From Epithemia pelagica (taxonomy: Eukaryota; Protista; Bacillariophyta): a stretch of DNA of 64,000 nt. Position 1 is the stretch's first letter. Every line of letters starts with the position of its first letter. The stretch covers positions 2,542,001 through 2,606,000 of the forward strand of contig OX337236.1 in NCBI GenBank assembly GCA_946965045.2, given 5' to 3'. Shown here piece by piece: positions 23,402-33,162 of this stretch. The position numbers were made by a program, and so were the translations under genes. Below the pieces are notes generated by a model, which saw nothing but the letters and a program-made list of their open reading frames with translations, searched no databases and was not told the DNA's origin.

Positions 23402-23756
23402 TGTTGAAGCACGAGGACCGACGGACGAACGATTCGGAAGCTTGTCATTCGGAAGCAATGCCGATTACGACTAAGACTAAACTTGTCCACCAGGGAGACA
23501 AGAAGTCAGACTGGAACGGCAGTAGCAATACAGATGGGGACACGAGTCAACCACAAGATAACAAGAAAGGAAAAGACATGGCCGGATCAGACGCCGGTGT
23601 TAATGCCTTTGGAATGACCACGACAAGAAGTTACAGGGACATTCTAATCGGAGAAGGTCGTGGAAGATCAAACTAAGACTAGATTAACGACGAGCTGAGA
23701 GAGCTCACTCTATAGCGAAAACAAAGTTTGTAAGGAGAAACAAGCGTGCCATTGCA
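23402..23756 (+). repeat. Copia A 5' LTR
   Basis: TGTTGAAGC...CCATTGCA, repeated at 28567-28921. Confidence 0.97.
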
Positions 23757-23803
23757 TAGGCTGAAGGCTGAGCAATTGGTTTCAACATTTTCGCTATAGA
23801 GCG

Positions 23804-24952
23804 ATGTCGAGTGACAGTAATGCTCCCTCTCCCCCAAGAGATGGTGGAAGCAGTGGCCGTGGAAATGGCCGTCCACGCTCCGGCCGAGGTGGCAGAGGTA
23901 ACCACTTCCGTACAGGCCGAAGAAATAATCAGTTTCAGAGAAGTCGCTTTGAAGGACGGGAGAAGGCGTTGGCGGGCCACATCTACGACTACAACGGGGA
24001 GAGAACCCCCGATAAGTACATACGTACTACCAAGGAGATTGCGAACTACGTTGGAAGAACGTTTACGAAATACCCAGGTGACTTCACAGCAGCGATAGAA
24101 ACGCTAGAACTCGATGACCCAGATGAACCAAATGATCCTGACCCAAATGATCAGGTGGCACTTGAACATTGGAAGTTGAACATCAAGGATCATCGTACCA
24201 AGATGCAAGAGTATGCAAACTTTCGAGCAAGTCTGTACAGCCTTGTGTTCGGACAATGTACAGACGCGATGCAAGAACGGCTTAAGTCGCATGAAGACTT
24301 TGAAGCCGCGAGCCAGGATGGGATTGCTCTACTGGTTATTGTGAGATCCCTCATCCATACGTTTGAGGAGAAGAGAAACCTAGCTGACTCGTTATGTGAC
24401 GTAAAAGAGAGCTTTTACAAACTTAGACAAGGTAAACACATGTCACTGGAGAAATATCACGAATTGTTCGTTGCTCAAGTCGCAGTCCTAGACGAGGTGG
24501 GCATTACCGTGTGGGATCAAGCACTGGTTGATAACATAGCTGAGAGCAATGGACGAGGTGATGAACCTGAAGAAGAGGACTATGAAGAAGCCAAACAACG
24601 CGCCTTGGCTATCCGGTTTATCCGGGGAACAAATGAGAACCACAAGGGTTATATTAAACATCTGCGGAACAGCCACTTGGACAATCACGACAACTACCCA
24701 AAGACAGTATCCGATGCTTTCAATATTCTTCAAAGGCGTGATGAAGACACAGTTGCCATCATTCCTGAGAATGATGGAGTGGCATTTGCGCAAACCTCGA
24801 CAAATGGGAGAGACATGAGCCAAGTCATCTGTTACAACTGCGGAGGAACAGGTCATTACGCAAGAGACTGTCCACACCAGCAGGGTCAAGAAGGAAACGG
24901 TAACAACAACAATGATGACAACAACAACAACGACGTGGATCCTTCTGGATAG
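23804..24952 (+). CDS. gag: Copia A Gag
   Basis: CCHC zinc knuckle CYNCGGTGHYARDC; CoDi-like LYSLVFGQCTDAMQERL. Confidence 0.92.
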   Translation: MSSDSNAPSPPRDGGSSGRGNGRPRSGRGGRGNHFRTGRRNNQFQRSRFEGREKALAGHIYDYNGERTPDKYIRTTKEIANYVGRTFTKYPGDFTAAIETLELDDPDEPNDPDPNDQVALEHWKLNIKDHRTKMQEYANFRASLYSLVFGQCTDAMQERLKSHEDFEAASQDGIALLVIVRSLIHTFEEKRNLADSLCDVKESFYKLRQGKHMSLEKYHELFVAQVAVLDEVGITVWDQALVDNIAESNGRGDEPEEEDYEEAKQRALAIRFIRGTNENHKGYIKHLRNSHLDNHDNYPKTVSDAFNILQRRDEDTVAIIPENDGVAFAQTSTNGRDMSQVICYNCGGTGHYARDCPHQQGQEGNGNNNNDDNNNNDVDPSG

Positions 24953-27900
24953 TCAGTCGACAGTGGATTGTTTCAGTAACAGAGCCTTGCTCAAGAATAT
25001 ACGTAAGACAGATATGAAGATTAATATATATTGCAATGCAGGAAGACGCACAATCGACATGGTTGGAGACTTGCAAGGATATGGTGAGGTGTGGCACGAC
25101 CCAAAAGGAATTGCAAATGTGCTGAGTCTCAGTCGGATCGGAAAGAAATATGGAAGGGTGGACTATGTGGCCAAGAAAAGCGGGGGCGAGTTCACTGTTT
25201 ATAAGCCAGACGGAAAAAGGCATATTTTCAAGGAAGCCGAGTCGGGACTACACTACCTAGACACTTCAAGCCCAAATGATGAGATGCATGATGATGGACA
25301 TATGTTGGTGGTGAATACAGTCAGGGACAATAAATCTAAATACACCAACAACGACTACATGAGAGCCCTTAGAGCACGAGAACTTCAAATCAAGATTGGA
25401 CGACCAAGTACAAGGGACTACATTAAAATTGTGGAAGGAAATTCCCTACCAAACTGTCCAGTCACAAGGGCCAATATATTGGCTGCAGAACATATTTTTG
25501 GGCCTGACATTGGAGCCCTGAAAGGAAAGACGACTCGAAGGCGACCGCCTATTGTGGACTCACCTGTAACACCTGTCCCGAATGTTATTCTGGAGAAGTA
25601 CAGACGTGTGACCATCTGTGTGGACGTGCTACATATCAACAACATCCCAATGCTAGCTAGCATTTCAAGAAACATCAAGTTTGGTACAGTTGAAGCCATG
25701 GCGAGTTTGAAAGAAGGCCCAATGTTGGAAGCAATCAAACACATCTGCCAGGTATATCGAAGAGCCGGCTTCAAGGTGGAATCGTCACTGATGGATGGCG
25801 CTTTCTCGTATTTGAAGGGCGCTCTAGCCGACATGGGGATCGCACTCAATGATACTTCAAGAGACGAACACGTTGGAGACGTGGAAAGATACATCAGGAC
25901 GATGAAGGAGCGGATTCGGGCAACTTACAATACACTACCGTTCAAGAAAATACCTGGGAGACTAGTTATCGAAATGGCAAAGTCGGCTGTGTTCTGGCTG
26001 AACGGGTTTCCTATTGCAAGTGGCGTATCTCAAGAGGCAAGTCCCAGAATGATCATTACAGGACAAAAGCTAGATTATAGCCGCCACTGCAAGTATCAAT
26101 TCGGGGAATACTGCCAAACACACGAAGAGCACGACAACTCTATGAACCCAAGGACGATTGGGGCACTCGCACTACGACCAACTGGAAACGCCCAAGGAAG
26201 TTATTATTTTCTCAGTCTTTCAACGGGACGAGTAATTAATCGACTACACGCAACTGCTCTACCTATGCCTGACGGTGTTATCGATCGGGTGCACAGGATG
26301 GCACGGCAACAAAAGGCAAACCCGGGTCTTGTGTTCGGGGACAGAAATAACCTGGCAAACATTCTTGATTTGGATGATGACGACGAAGACGATGACGACT
26401 TTTACCCCAACGAGATGGACGAAATAGTCGATGACGACGAGTATGACGATCCAGAGGATGAGATTGCTGACAATGAGGATGAAAACCAAGGAGTGTTGCC
26501 CGTGGTGGAGGAAGAGGAAAACCAAGGAGTGTTGCCCGTAATGGATGTAGCGGAAAATGAAGGAGTGCCACCAGTTGTCATGGAACTGGAGCCGGAGAAT
26601 GATGCTATGGACCCTATCGATGATGATGCCGACGTGGATGACGTGCCGATTGAAGAAGAACAGGAAGAGTGGTCCGTGAGCAATACGGACGAAAATAATG
26701 ACCCAGTGATGGCAGCGGCTGAAGAAGGTGATAACCAGTCTCATCATGATGAGGAGGAAAGTGGCAACCGTGAGAATGAAGGAAGATACAGCTTACGAAG
26801 CTGCAGAACACGAGACTATAGTTACAGATACAATCCTGAGGAGTTTGACACAAACGACCGAGAAAATGAGGACGAGGATGGTGCAGTCATGGCTGAAGTG
26901 GCAGGAGTTGAAGATACCGTGGAAACTCCCCAAATGTCCTTGAAGTTGGGGTTGAAAAAGTTCGGCGAAGAAGGATTGGACGCTGTTCGGAAAGAGATGA
27001 GACAGCTGCATGACAGAAAGGTTATGAGGCCGGTTGCGCGGTATAGCTTAACACCAAAACAACGAAGAGATGCGCTGGCCTATCTTATGTTCCTGAAAAG
27101 GAAGAGAACAGGCAAAGTAAAGGGTCGCGGATGCGCGGATGGGCGCAAACAGCGCGATTATATACCCAAAGAGGATTCGACGTCACCTACAGTAAAAACA
27201 GAGTCGGTTTTACTAACAGCCGCTATCGATGCCAAAGAAAAACGAGACGTTGCAGTGGTAGATGTCCCCGGGGCTTTTATGCAGGCAGATATGGACGACA
27301 TTGTTCACATCAGATTTACTGGGGAAATGCTAGAGATGTTACTGGAAATTGACCCATGCTATGCCCGCTACATCTGCTATGAACGAGGGGAGAAAGCGTT
27401 GTACGTGGTGTTGGACAAGGCCCTCTACGGTACTCTAAAGGCAGCTCGGCTATTTTGGGAGATGCTAAGCAAGCAACTGGTTGAATGGGGTTTTGTTGTG
27501 AACCCATACGACGAGTGTGTGGCGAATAAGGAGTGCAGTGGTGGCCAATTGACAGTCACCTGGCATGTGGACGATATCAAGGTTTCCCACAAGTCCAGCA
27601 CAGTCGTAGATCAGTTCATTCAACAAATGGAAGAAACCTTTGGGAAAGAAGGACCCCTAACCATATCACGAGGAAAAGTGCACGACTATCTTGGTATGAT
27701 ACTTGACTTTTCAGTGGAGGGGTCAGTGATTATCAGAATGGAGAGCTACATCAACAATATGATCAATGACATGCCCGAGGACATGATAGGAGTGGCATCA
27801 ACTCCAGCTTCCAGCAGTTTGTTCAAGGTGAACACGAATGGTACACCAACTTTAAATCCCAAGAAGAAGGAAATTTTTGTACACCTTGTAATGCAAGCCC

Positions 27901-28841
27901 TATATCTCAGTCAGAGGGGTTGTCCTGATATCCGTACAGCAGTGTCGTTTCTGTGCGTGCGACTAACTTGCCCTGACGAAGATGATTACAGTAAACTCAG
28001 TCGAATGATGAAGTATCTACAAGGAACCCGGTCGCTTCCTCTAACTCTACGGGTAGAGGATGATGGAAAACTGCAATGGTGGATTGATGCTTCATATGCA
28101 GTGCACCCCAACATGAGAGGTCACACAGGAGCAACGATGTCTATGGGTAAAGGATCAGTTTTCAGTGGATCCTGGAAACAAAAGATGGTGACTCGTAGCT
28201 CGACTGAAAGTGAGGTTGTCGGCGTGCACGATGTTCTTCCACAGATATTGTGGACCAAAATGTTCTTAGAAGCGCAAGGGTTTTCCATCGCTGCAAATGT
28301 GCTGTACCAAGACAACTTAAGTGCTATACTTCTTGAGAAGAATGGACGTCAATCAAGCACGAAACGAACCAAACACATGCACTTACGTTATTTTTATATC
28401 ACCGACCAAGTAAAAAAAGGGGAAATATCAATCGAACACTGTCCCACCAAGGACATGATAGCGGATTTCTTTACAAAGCCTCTTCAAGGACACCTGTTTC
28501 ACAAGTTGCGGAACCTCGTAATGGGAATGGATCCACCAACTGACCAGATGGAGGACCCAAGGAGTGTGTTGAAGCACGAGGACCGACGGACGAACGATTC
28601 GGAAGCTGGTCATTCGGAAGCAATGCCGATTACGACTAAGACTAAACTTGTCCACCAGGGAGACAAGAAGTCATACTGGAACGGCAGTAGCAATACAGAT
28701 GGGGACACGAGTCAACCACAAGATAACAAGAAAGGAAAAGACATGGCCGGATCAGACGCCGGTGTTAATGCCTTTGGAATGACCACGACAAGAAGTTACA
28801 GGGACATTCTAATCGGAGAAGGTCGTGGAAGATCAAACTAA
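24912..28841 (+). CDS. pol: Copia A Pol (protease, integrase, RT, RNase H), +1 frame relative to Gag
   Basis: PR LLDSQST; IN DDE (CVDVLH, MDGAF, HVGDVERYIR); RT KGRGCADG and WHVDD; RH DASYA, STESE and QDN. Reads into the 3' LTR. Confidence 0.96.
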   Translation: MMTTTTTTWILLDSQSTVDCFSNRALLKNIRKTDMKINIYCNAGRRTIDMVGDLQGYGEVWHDPKGIANVLSLSRIGKKYGRVDYVAKKSGGEFTVYKPDGKRHIFKEAESGLHYLDTSSPNDEMHDDGHMLVVNTVRDNKSKYTNNDYMRALRARELQIKIGRPSTRDYIKIVEGNSLPNCPVTRANILAAEHIFGPDIGALKGKTTRRRPPIVDSPVTPVPNVILEKYRRVTICVDVLHINNIPMLASISRNIKFGTVEAMASLKEGPMLEAIKHICQVYRRAGFKVESSLMDGAFSYLKGALADMGIALNDTSRDEHVGDVERYIRTMKERIRATYNTLPFKKIPGRLVIEMAKSAVFWLNGFPIASGVSQEASPRMIITGQKLDYSRHCKYQFGEYCQTHEEHDNSMNPRTIGALALRPTGNAQGSYYFLSLSTGRVINRLHATALPMPDGVIDRVHRMARQQKANPGLVFGDRNNLANILDLDDDDEDDDDFYPNEMDEIVDDDEYDDPEDEIADNEDENQGVLPVVEEEENQGVLPVMDVAENEGVPPVVMELEPENDAMDPIDDDADVDDVPIEEEQEEWSVSNTDENNDPVMAAAEEGDNQSHHDEEESGNRENEGRYSLRSCRTRDYSYRYNPEEFDTNDRENEDEDGAVMAEVAGVEDTVETPQMSLKLGLKKFGEEGLDAVRKEMRQLHDRKVMRPVARYSLTPKQRRDALAYLMFLKRKRTGKVKGRGCADGRKQRDYIPKEDSTSPTVKTESVLLTAAIDAKEKRDVAVVDVPGAFMQADMDDIVHIRFTGEMLEMLLEIDPCYARYICYERGEKALYVVLDKALYGTLKAARLFWEMLSKQLVEWGFVVNPYDECVANKECSGGQLTVTWHVDDIKVSHKSSTVVDQFIQQMEETFGKEGPLTISRGKVHDYLGMILDFSVEGSVIIRMESYINNMINDMPEDMIGVASTPASSSLFKVNTNGTPTLNPKKKEIFVHLVMQALYLSQRGCPDIRTAVSFLCVRLTCPDEDDYSKLSRMMKYLQGTRSLPLTLRVEDDGKLQWWIDASYAVHPNMRGHTGATMSMGKGSVFSGSWKQKMVTRSSTESEVVGVHDVLPQILWTKMFLEAQGFSIAANVLYQDNLSAILLEKNGRQSSTKRTKHMHLRYFYITDQVKKGEISIEHCPTKDMIADFFTKPLQGHLFHKLRNLVMGMDPPTDQMEDPRSVLKHEDRRTNDSEAGHSEAMPITTKTKLVHQGDKKSYWNGSSNTDGDTSQPQDNKKGKDMAGSDAGVNAFGMTTTRSYRDILIGEGRGRSN

Positions 28842-28921
28842 GACTAGATTAACGACGAGCTGAGAGAGCTCACTCTATAGCGAAAACGAAGTTTGTAAGG
28901 AGAAACAAGCGTGCCATTGCA
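28567..28921 (+). repeat. Copia A 3' LTR
   Basis: Matches 23402-23756. Confidence 0.97.
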
Positions 28922-29023
28922 TACCCATTCCCGGGTGCTGCGATAATTTGCAGGTATTCTCTACCAAAGCACTGAATCTTTTCCGTACGAAACACTACAA
29001 GCGAGATTAACTTCATTTAGCTA

Positions 29024-29209
29024 GAACTCGACCCTACGGCAACATGTAGATGCTCAAACTTTTTCTTTAAGAAATCTCTGTCACCATTGGATTACCCCAT
29101 GACACCCATCTATGACAAATCACATTGGATTCCACAGGCTATATCATTAAGGATGTGTGTTAAGGAAAAAGTTTGAGCATCTTCATGTTGGTTGGATATT
29201 GTCGAGTTC
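29024..29209. mobile_element. Putative MITE, duplicated copy
   Basis: Same sequence as 20101-20286. Confidence 0.6.
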
Positions 29210-30113
29210 TATCTAGTTGAAACTATATGTCCAACGGTACATTTTCGCCCGTCATGGGCATACCCGGAGAGAAGGCACTCTAGGCGTGATAGGCATATTC
29301 GTCTAAAATTTCTGTTTTTGTTGTCTTACGTGGCTGTTTATCCAAATACTCCTTCGTCTCGCGATGGACTTTCTCACCTATGGTTGTTTGGACGTGTCAT
29401 CTTAGTTGGTCGGTCATGTAGCTGTTGGCGTAAACTACGCATGAAGGGGGAAGATAGATATAGATATTGCCGTGAATGTTGTTGAGTGATGGAGGGTGTT
29501 CGAAAGTCACAAGCATATATCTCTCTCTATGTATTATTCGTCTAAAATCTCTTTTTTTGTTGTCTTACGTGATGAGCTGTTTCTGTTGTGGCAAGATCAG
29601 GAAACGGTAGGACTCGACCAAAAGGCGACTGGCGAGAAGGCGAAAGAAGATGCAGATTGGAGCGACGTGGCCAAAGAAAAGCAACGCAAACGAAACAAGA
29701 AGAAGCTTTACCCCCAAAAAACTTTATATTCTCGATCTAATTTATTACTGCACTCTCCTAGGCCACATAATTTCCTTCACAAGAATGTGATTTCCAGATC
29801 AGCAAACTCGGGGCTGTGTAGTGTTTGCAACGCCTCCGCGCTATAAAATTTCCAAACTTGCTTTTTTGGTTCCCACCGTCCCCCCTGTAATTTGAGCACT
29901 TGTCGATGGCGGTAGGTATTTCCCGAAACGAAAAAAACTCCAGACGTATCGGCATCTTTTGCTGCATTCCCTGCCTTTTCGGGTGCAGATTTTATAACAT
30001 TCTCCTGTTCTTTGAATTCTTTGTTTGGTTGCAGCGCAGATGTACCTCAAGCATCCCCAGAAAAACATATTATTTTATCTTAGCATGATACATTACCCCG
30101 ACAGCGCCCGTGG

Positions 30114-31148
30114 CTAAATAGTCTCCAACGTGCGCCGATATATAGTCCACTGTTTCTCGGTGTCATCTCCCTTCCATTGAACAAATTCCGCGAATTCCGC
30201 CTTGTTTTTGACGTACACAGTCGTTTGCCATGTCGTGTTGTCAATTTTGGTGGCCCCCACTCGCGGCTGGAAGGCAGCGGCATCCACTGAGTTGAAGAAT
30301 TCAAGCTTGACCACAATGGCGTATCGATTGTCCTGGCTGGAAATGGTATAATCTGACATAGACGTCACAGATAGTTTCACAACGGACATATTGTCTGTAT
30401 GGTTAAGACCATCTAACATTTGGTGAAGAGGCCATGAAGCTGCAACAATATTGTTTTCATTTCTTGCGACAGACTTGAACTTGGCTTTGTCTTTCAGATG
30501 ACACTTGTACGGTTTATTCCTACCAACACACACATCAAGTGATTGATATATTGCAATCGGATCGTTGAAATCTACAGCCTCGGTGATGGGATTGCTGAGA
30601 CGGTATGATTCCAGTTGATCAAGACCGTCGCAAGGAGACTCCGAGTCTGTTGGTTCGTAGTCCTGCAGGATGAACCGAGTAAGATCAGGCGGTTGGGACA
30701 CTGGCAAAGGATCCCGAGGACTGATTTCGATTCCATCGAGATTCACCAAATGTCTGTGGATTTCCCAACCGTTCAAAGCCGTCTGAAACTCCGTGGCTGC
30801 CCTTTCATCCTTGAAGTATGCCTTGACGGTTAGATCGTTGCCGTCGTAAACGACTTGCTTCGACTCTGCTGCAGAATAGCGAGCTCCATATTTTTCCAAT
30901 AGCTTGTAGACATTTCCCCTTGCTCCATGGGAATTCAAGGCATTCATAACTCGAGCAGTTACCTGATACACCGGCGGCCTCTGCAACTCGCGGATTTTTC
31001 GACGGAGTGTTCCTCTAATAGCCAACGTATTCTGTAGTCCGCAATACTCAATCAATTCCCTCTCATCGTTCTCCGTCCTCACATCGATAAGATCAATACC
31101 CAACTCCTCAGCTCCTCGTTTTAGACTGTTCAAGGTTCTGTCTCCCAT
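30114..31148 (-). CDS. 344-aa Crinkler/CR-effector-like protein with putative HNH-type nuclease C-terminus, copy 2
   Basis: Intact; differs from copy 1 at two residues (YFDDRR vs YFKDER). Confidence 0.6.
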   Translation of the reverse strand: MGDRTLNSLKRGAEELGIDLIDVRTENDERELIEYCGLQNTLAIRGTLRRKIRELQRPPVYQVTARVMNALNSHGARGNVYKLLEKYGARYSAAESKQVVYDGNDLTVKAYFKDERAATEFQTALNGWEIHRHLVNLDGIEISPRDPLPVSQPPDLTRFILQDYEPTDSESPCDGLDQLESYRLSNPITEAVDFNDPIAIYQSLDVCVGRNKPYKCHLKDKAKFKSVARNENNIVAASWPLHQMLDGLNHTDNMSVVKLSVTSMSDYTISSQDNRYAIVVKLEFFNSVDAAAFQPRVGATKIDNTTWQTTVYVKNKAEFAEFVQWKGDDTEKQWTIYRRTLETI

Positions 31149-31487
31149 GGTGGTTGCAACAATTGACTTTGAGGTGTAGACGCGTCTCTGTTGACGAAGC
31201 TTTTTCAGTGCTAGAATGAAAACAGAACAATTGGTATCGGACGATGGCCAGACGGATTTTCATAACCCGAACCCCAATGAAAAAATGCAACTCGCTGGGA
31301 CAGCCAGTCAAGCTTCTCAGGACCAAGTCGCGTTGATGCTCGTGCACTCCAAGGCGAGACTGGGAAGCCGTGACCCTTAAGTCTAGTTTTGGAGGGTCGG
31401 TTCGGCTCCTATTCAGTCTGATTGGTGTTTAAAAAAAAAAAAAAGTAGTGTGGAACATTATTATTTTACGCGTCTCTCTAAAATGCC

Positions 31488-32252
31488 TTAAACATTCAGC
31501 TCTTCTAGCCACCGCGCCAATTCCTCAACCGTTTCGTCTGCTTGTTTGTATAAGAGTTGCTCTTTGGCAGCATCAACTCCCAGTATTGTCTCCGCCTCGT
31601 TAGCCAGCTCGGGAGGCGGGGCAATGAGCGGAGCCGCATGCCAACCTTCCAGGGTAATTCGTTTCACGTCAGTTTCAACCATGGGTCGCTTCATACGGAT
31701 GACTTGTCCCGCTGCTTTGAGCAATTCTTCAACATCTTCAGATTTGTCAAAGGGATCGTCCTTATACTGTATCAGCAACGTACTTCTAGCTCTATAGGCA
31801 CGTCGAGCAGCCGTATTCACTTCCTGCGGTGGAGGCATGAAATCTCGGGCACCATCGGCAACTTCCTCAATCAGCATTGGAATTTGGTTTATCGCATCCA
31901 GCACTTCAGTTGTTATTGGGATCACTTCAGAATTGGACATCATTACGTCTCTCGCTGGAGCGATTGCGGCTGTTATGGCATCACGAAGTGCCGTTGGAAT
32001 GGACAATCCGCCAGCCTTGTCAAAATCCAACACGGACGGAATTATGAGCTTGGAAGCCTTCAAAAGTAAATCATCTGGCAGCACTTCTCCTCTTGCCGCT
32101 ACTTTGGCAAGTTCCACGCACACTGGTATCACGTCACTCGCGCCCTTCCTGTTGGGGTCGCCGCGAGCCGCCGCGTAGGTAAAAAAGGGGGCAAAAAATT
32201 CTTCAAAAAAGGGCACGGCTTCCGAAACGGGTTTGTTGTTGTACGAAATGAG
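31488..32252 (-). pseudogene. 5'-truncated DUF1350 gene fragment, copy 2
   Basis: As copy 1, with 5 amino-acid differences. Confidence 0.7.
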
Positions 32253-32397
32253 TAGGGTGGTCGATTCTCTTCTCTCTTCATGATATATGATATATTCTTC
32301 ATATTTATGTAGAGGGCGCTGAATCCATTTTTTTGTTTTTTGAGGGCTGTGCCCTCGCATTGATCCTAACATAAAATAAAGGTAACTTATGGTATGT

Positions 32398-32974
32398 TCA
32401 CATATGCTCACTATCTAGCAAGTCAGAAGTAAATTGTTTCCAAGCCTCGATAATGGATTCATCGTTGACAGATCCATTTGCTTCCCCCATAGACCACTCA
32501 AAAAAGCATCTATACCCACCTGGATACTCTGCCGCTCCTCTGATACGAGTAAATATTTTTAACCCTAATTTTTCGTACACTCCGTCCCTCACATTTTCGC
32601 AGCAAGTCTCTGACTTCTTTAGATAGACGTGGATCATATTGGTCTCTGGTACGGTTGGATTGAACGTCCCAACTTTAGAAAAGAGGGTTTCGGCTTTTAT
32701 CCTATATGTTATACGCTTCAGTTTGTCAAACCTATCTTGGAAGCTCATTATTGACCCTCCATGGCCGTGTACATGAATACGATACCGATGCCAACCTAAA
32801 GCTGCATATGGCAGTTTTGTATATAAATTTCCTCCAAATCTTGTGAGCCATGTACGTGCTTGGTTGCAAAATTCCTTTTCCCCCATTAGCATTGCTCCCG
32901 GGATTGAGCCCAGTCCTTTGTAAAACGATATATAAATAGAATCAAATGGACTAGCAAGTTCTGATAAGCTCTTG
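32398..32974 (-). pseudogene. 5'-truncated low-specificity L-threonine aldolase (PLP enzyme) fragment
   Basis: FDSIYISFYKGLG (PLP lysine), GAML.G..EF..QAR.WL.RFGGNL and ETNMIHVY; preceded by an intron-like pyrimidine tract and CAG; N-terminal half absent. Confidence 0.8.
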
Positions 32975-33162
32975 CTGCGCGTCAAAAAAGAGATGTTGAT
33001 ATTGAAATACAAGTGGCCGCCAAAAATTAGTCAATTTGAGAATACGTAGTTCGATAAGCCTATAAAGAGTTGCTTTTACGGCACGGCTTGTTTGAGTTTC
33101 AACATATTCTCCTTAGAAAATAACCATTACACTCACTCATCTTTTGCCGTGAACTACACTGC

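Larger units (their letters stand above)
23402..28921 (+). mobile_element. Ty1/copia LTR retrotransposon A (CoDi-like), full length, LTRs 355 bp
   Basis: TG...CA LTRs 23402-23756 and 28567-28921 with 3 differences seen; order gag-PR-IN-RT-RH; PPT AAGGAGTG; flanks TAGAG and TACCC do not form a TSD. Confidence 0.97.
28923..32314 (+). repeat. Segmental duplication copy 2 (3392 bp)
   Basis: Starts 1 bp after the Copia A 3' LTR; near-identical to 19975-23401. Confidence 0.95.
29708..33037 (-). other. 3.33-kb cargo inside the Copia B 5' LTR
   Basis: Replaces the 9 nt CATTCTAAG seen at 47245-47253 of the intact LTR; carries three minus-strand gene pieces. Confidence 0.85.

Noticed and set aside
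32255-32411. Intron fusing the aldolase fragment in frame to the DUF1350 fragment
   Set aside because: A GTGAGC donor and in-frame AGs exist, but the acceptors are purine-rich and the residues before LISYNNK do not look homologous; needs RNA evidence.
29700-33045. Helitron or TIR-transposon ends on the cargo
   Set aside because: No A|TC...CTRR|T pattern, terminal hairpin, clean TIR or TSD; only scattered short complementary words.
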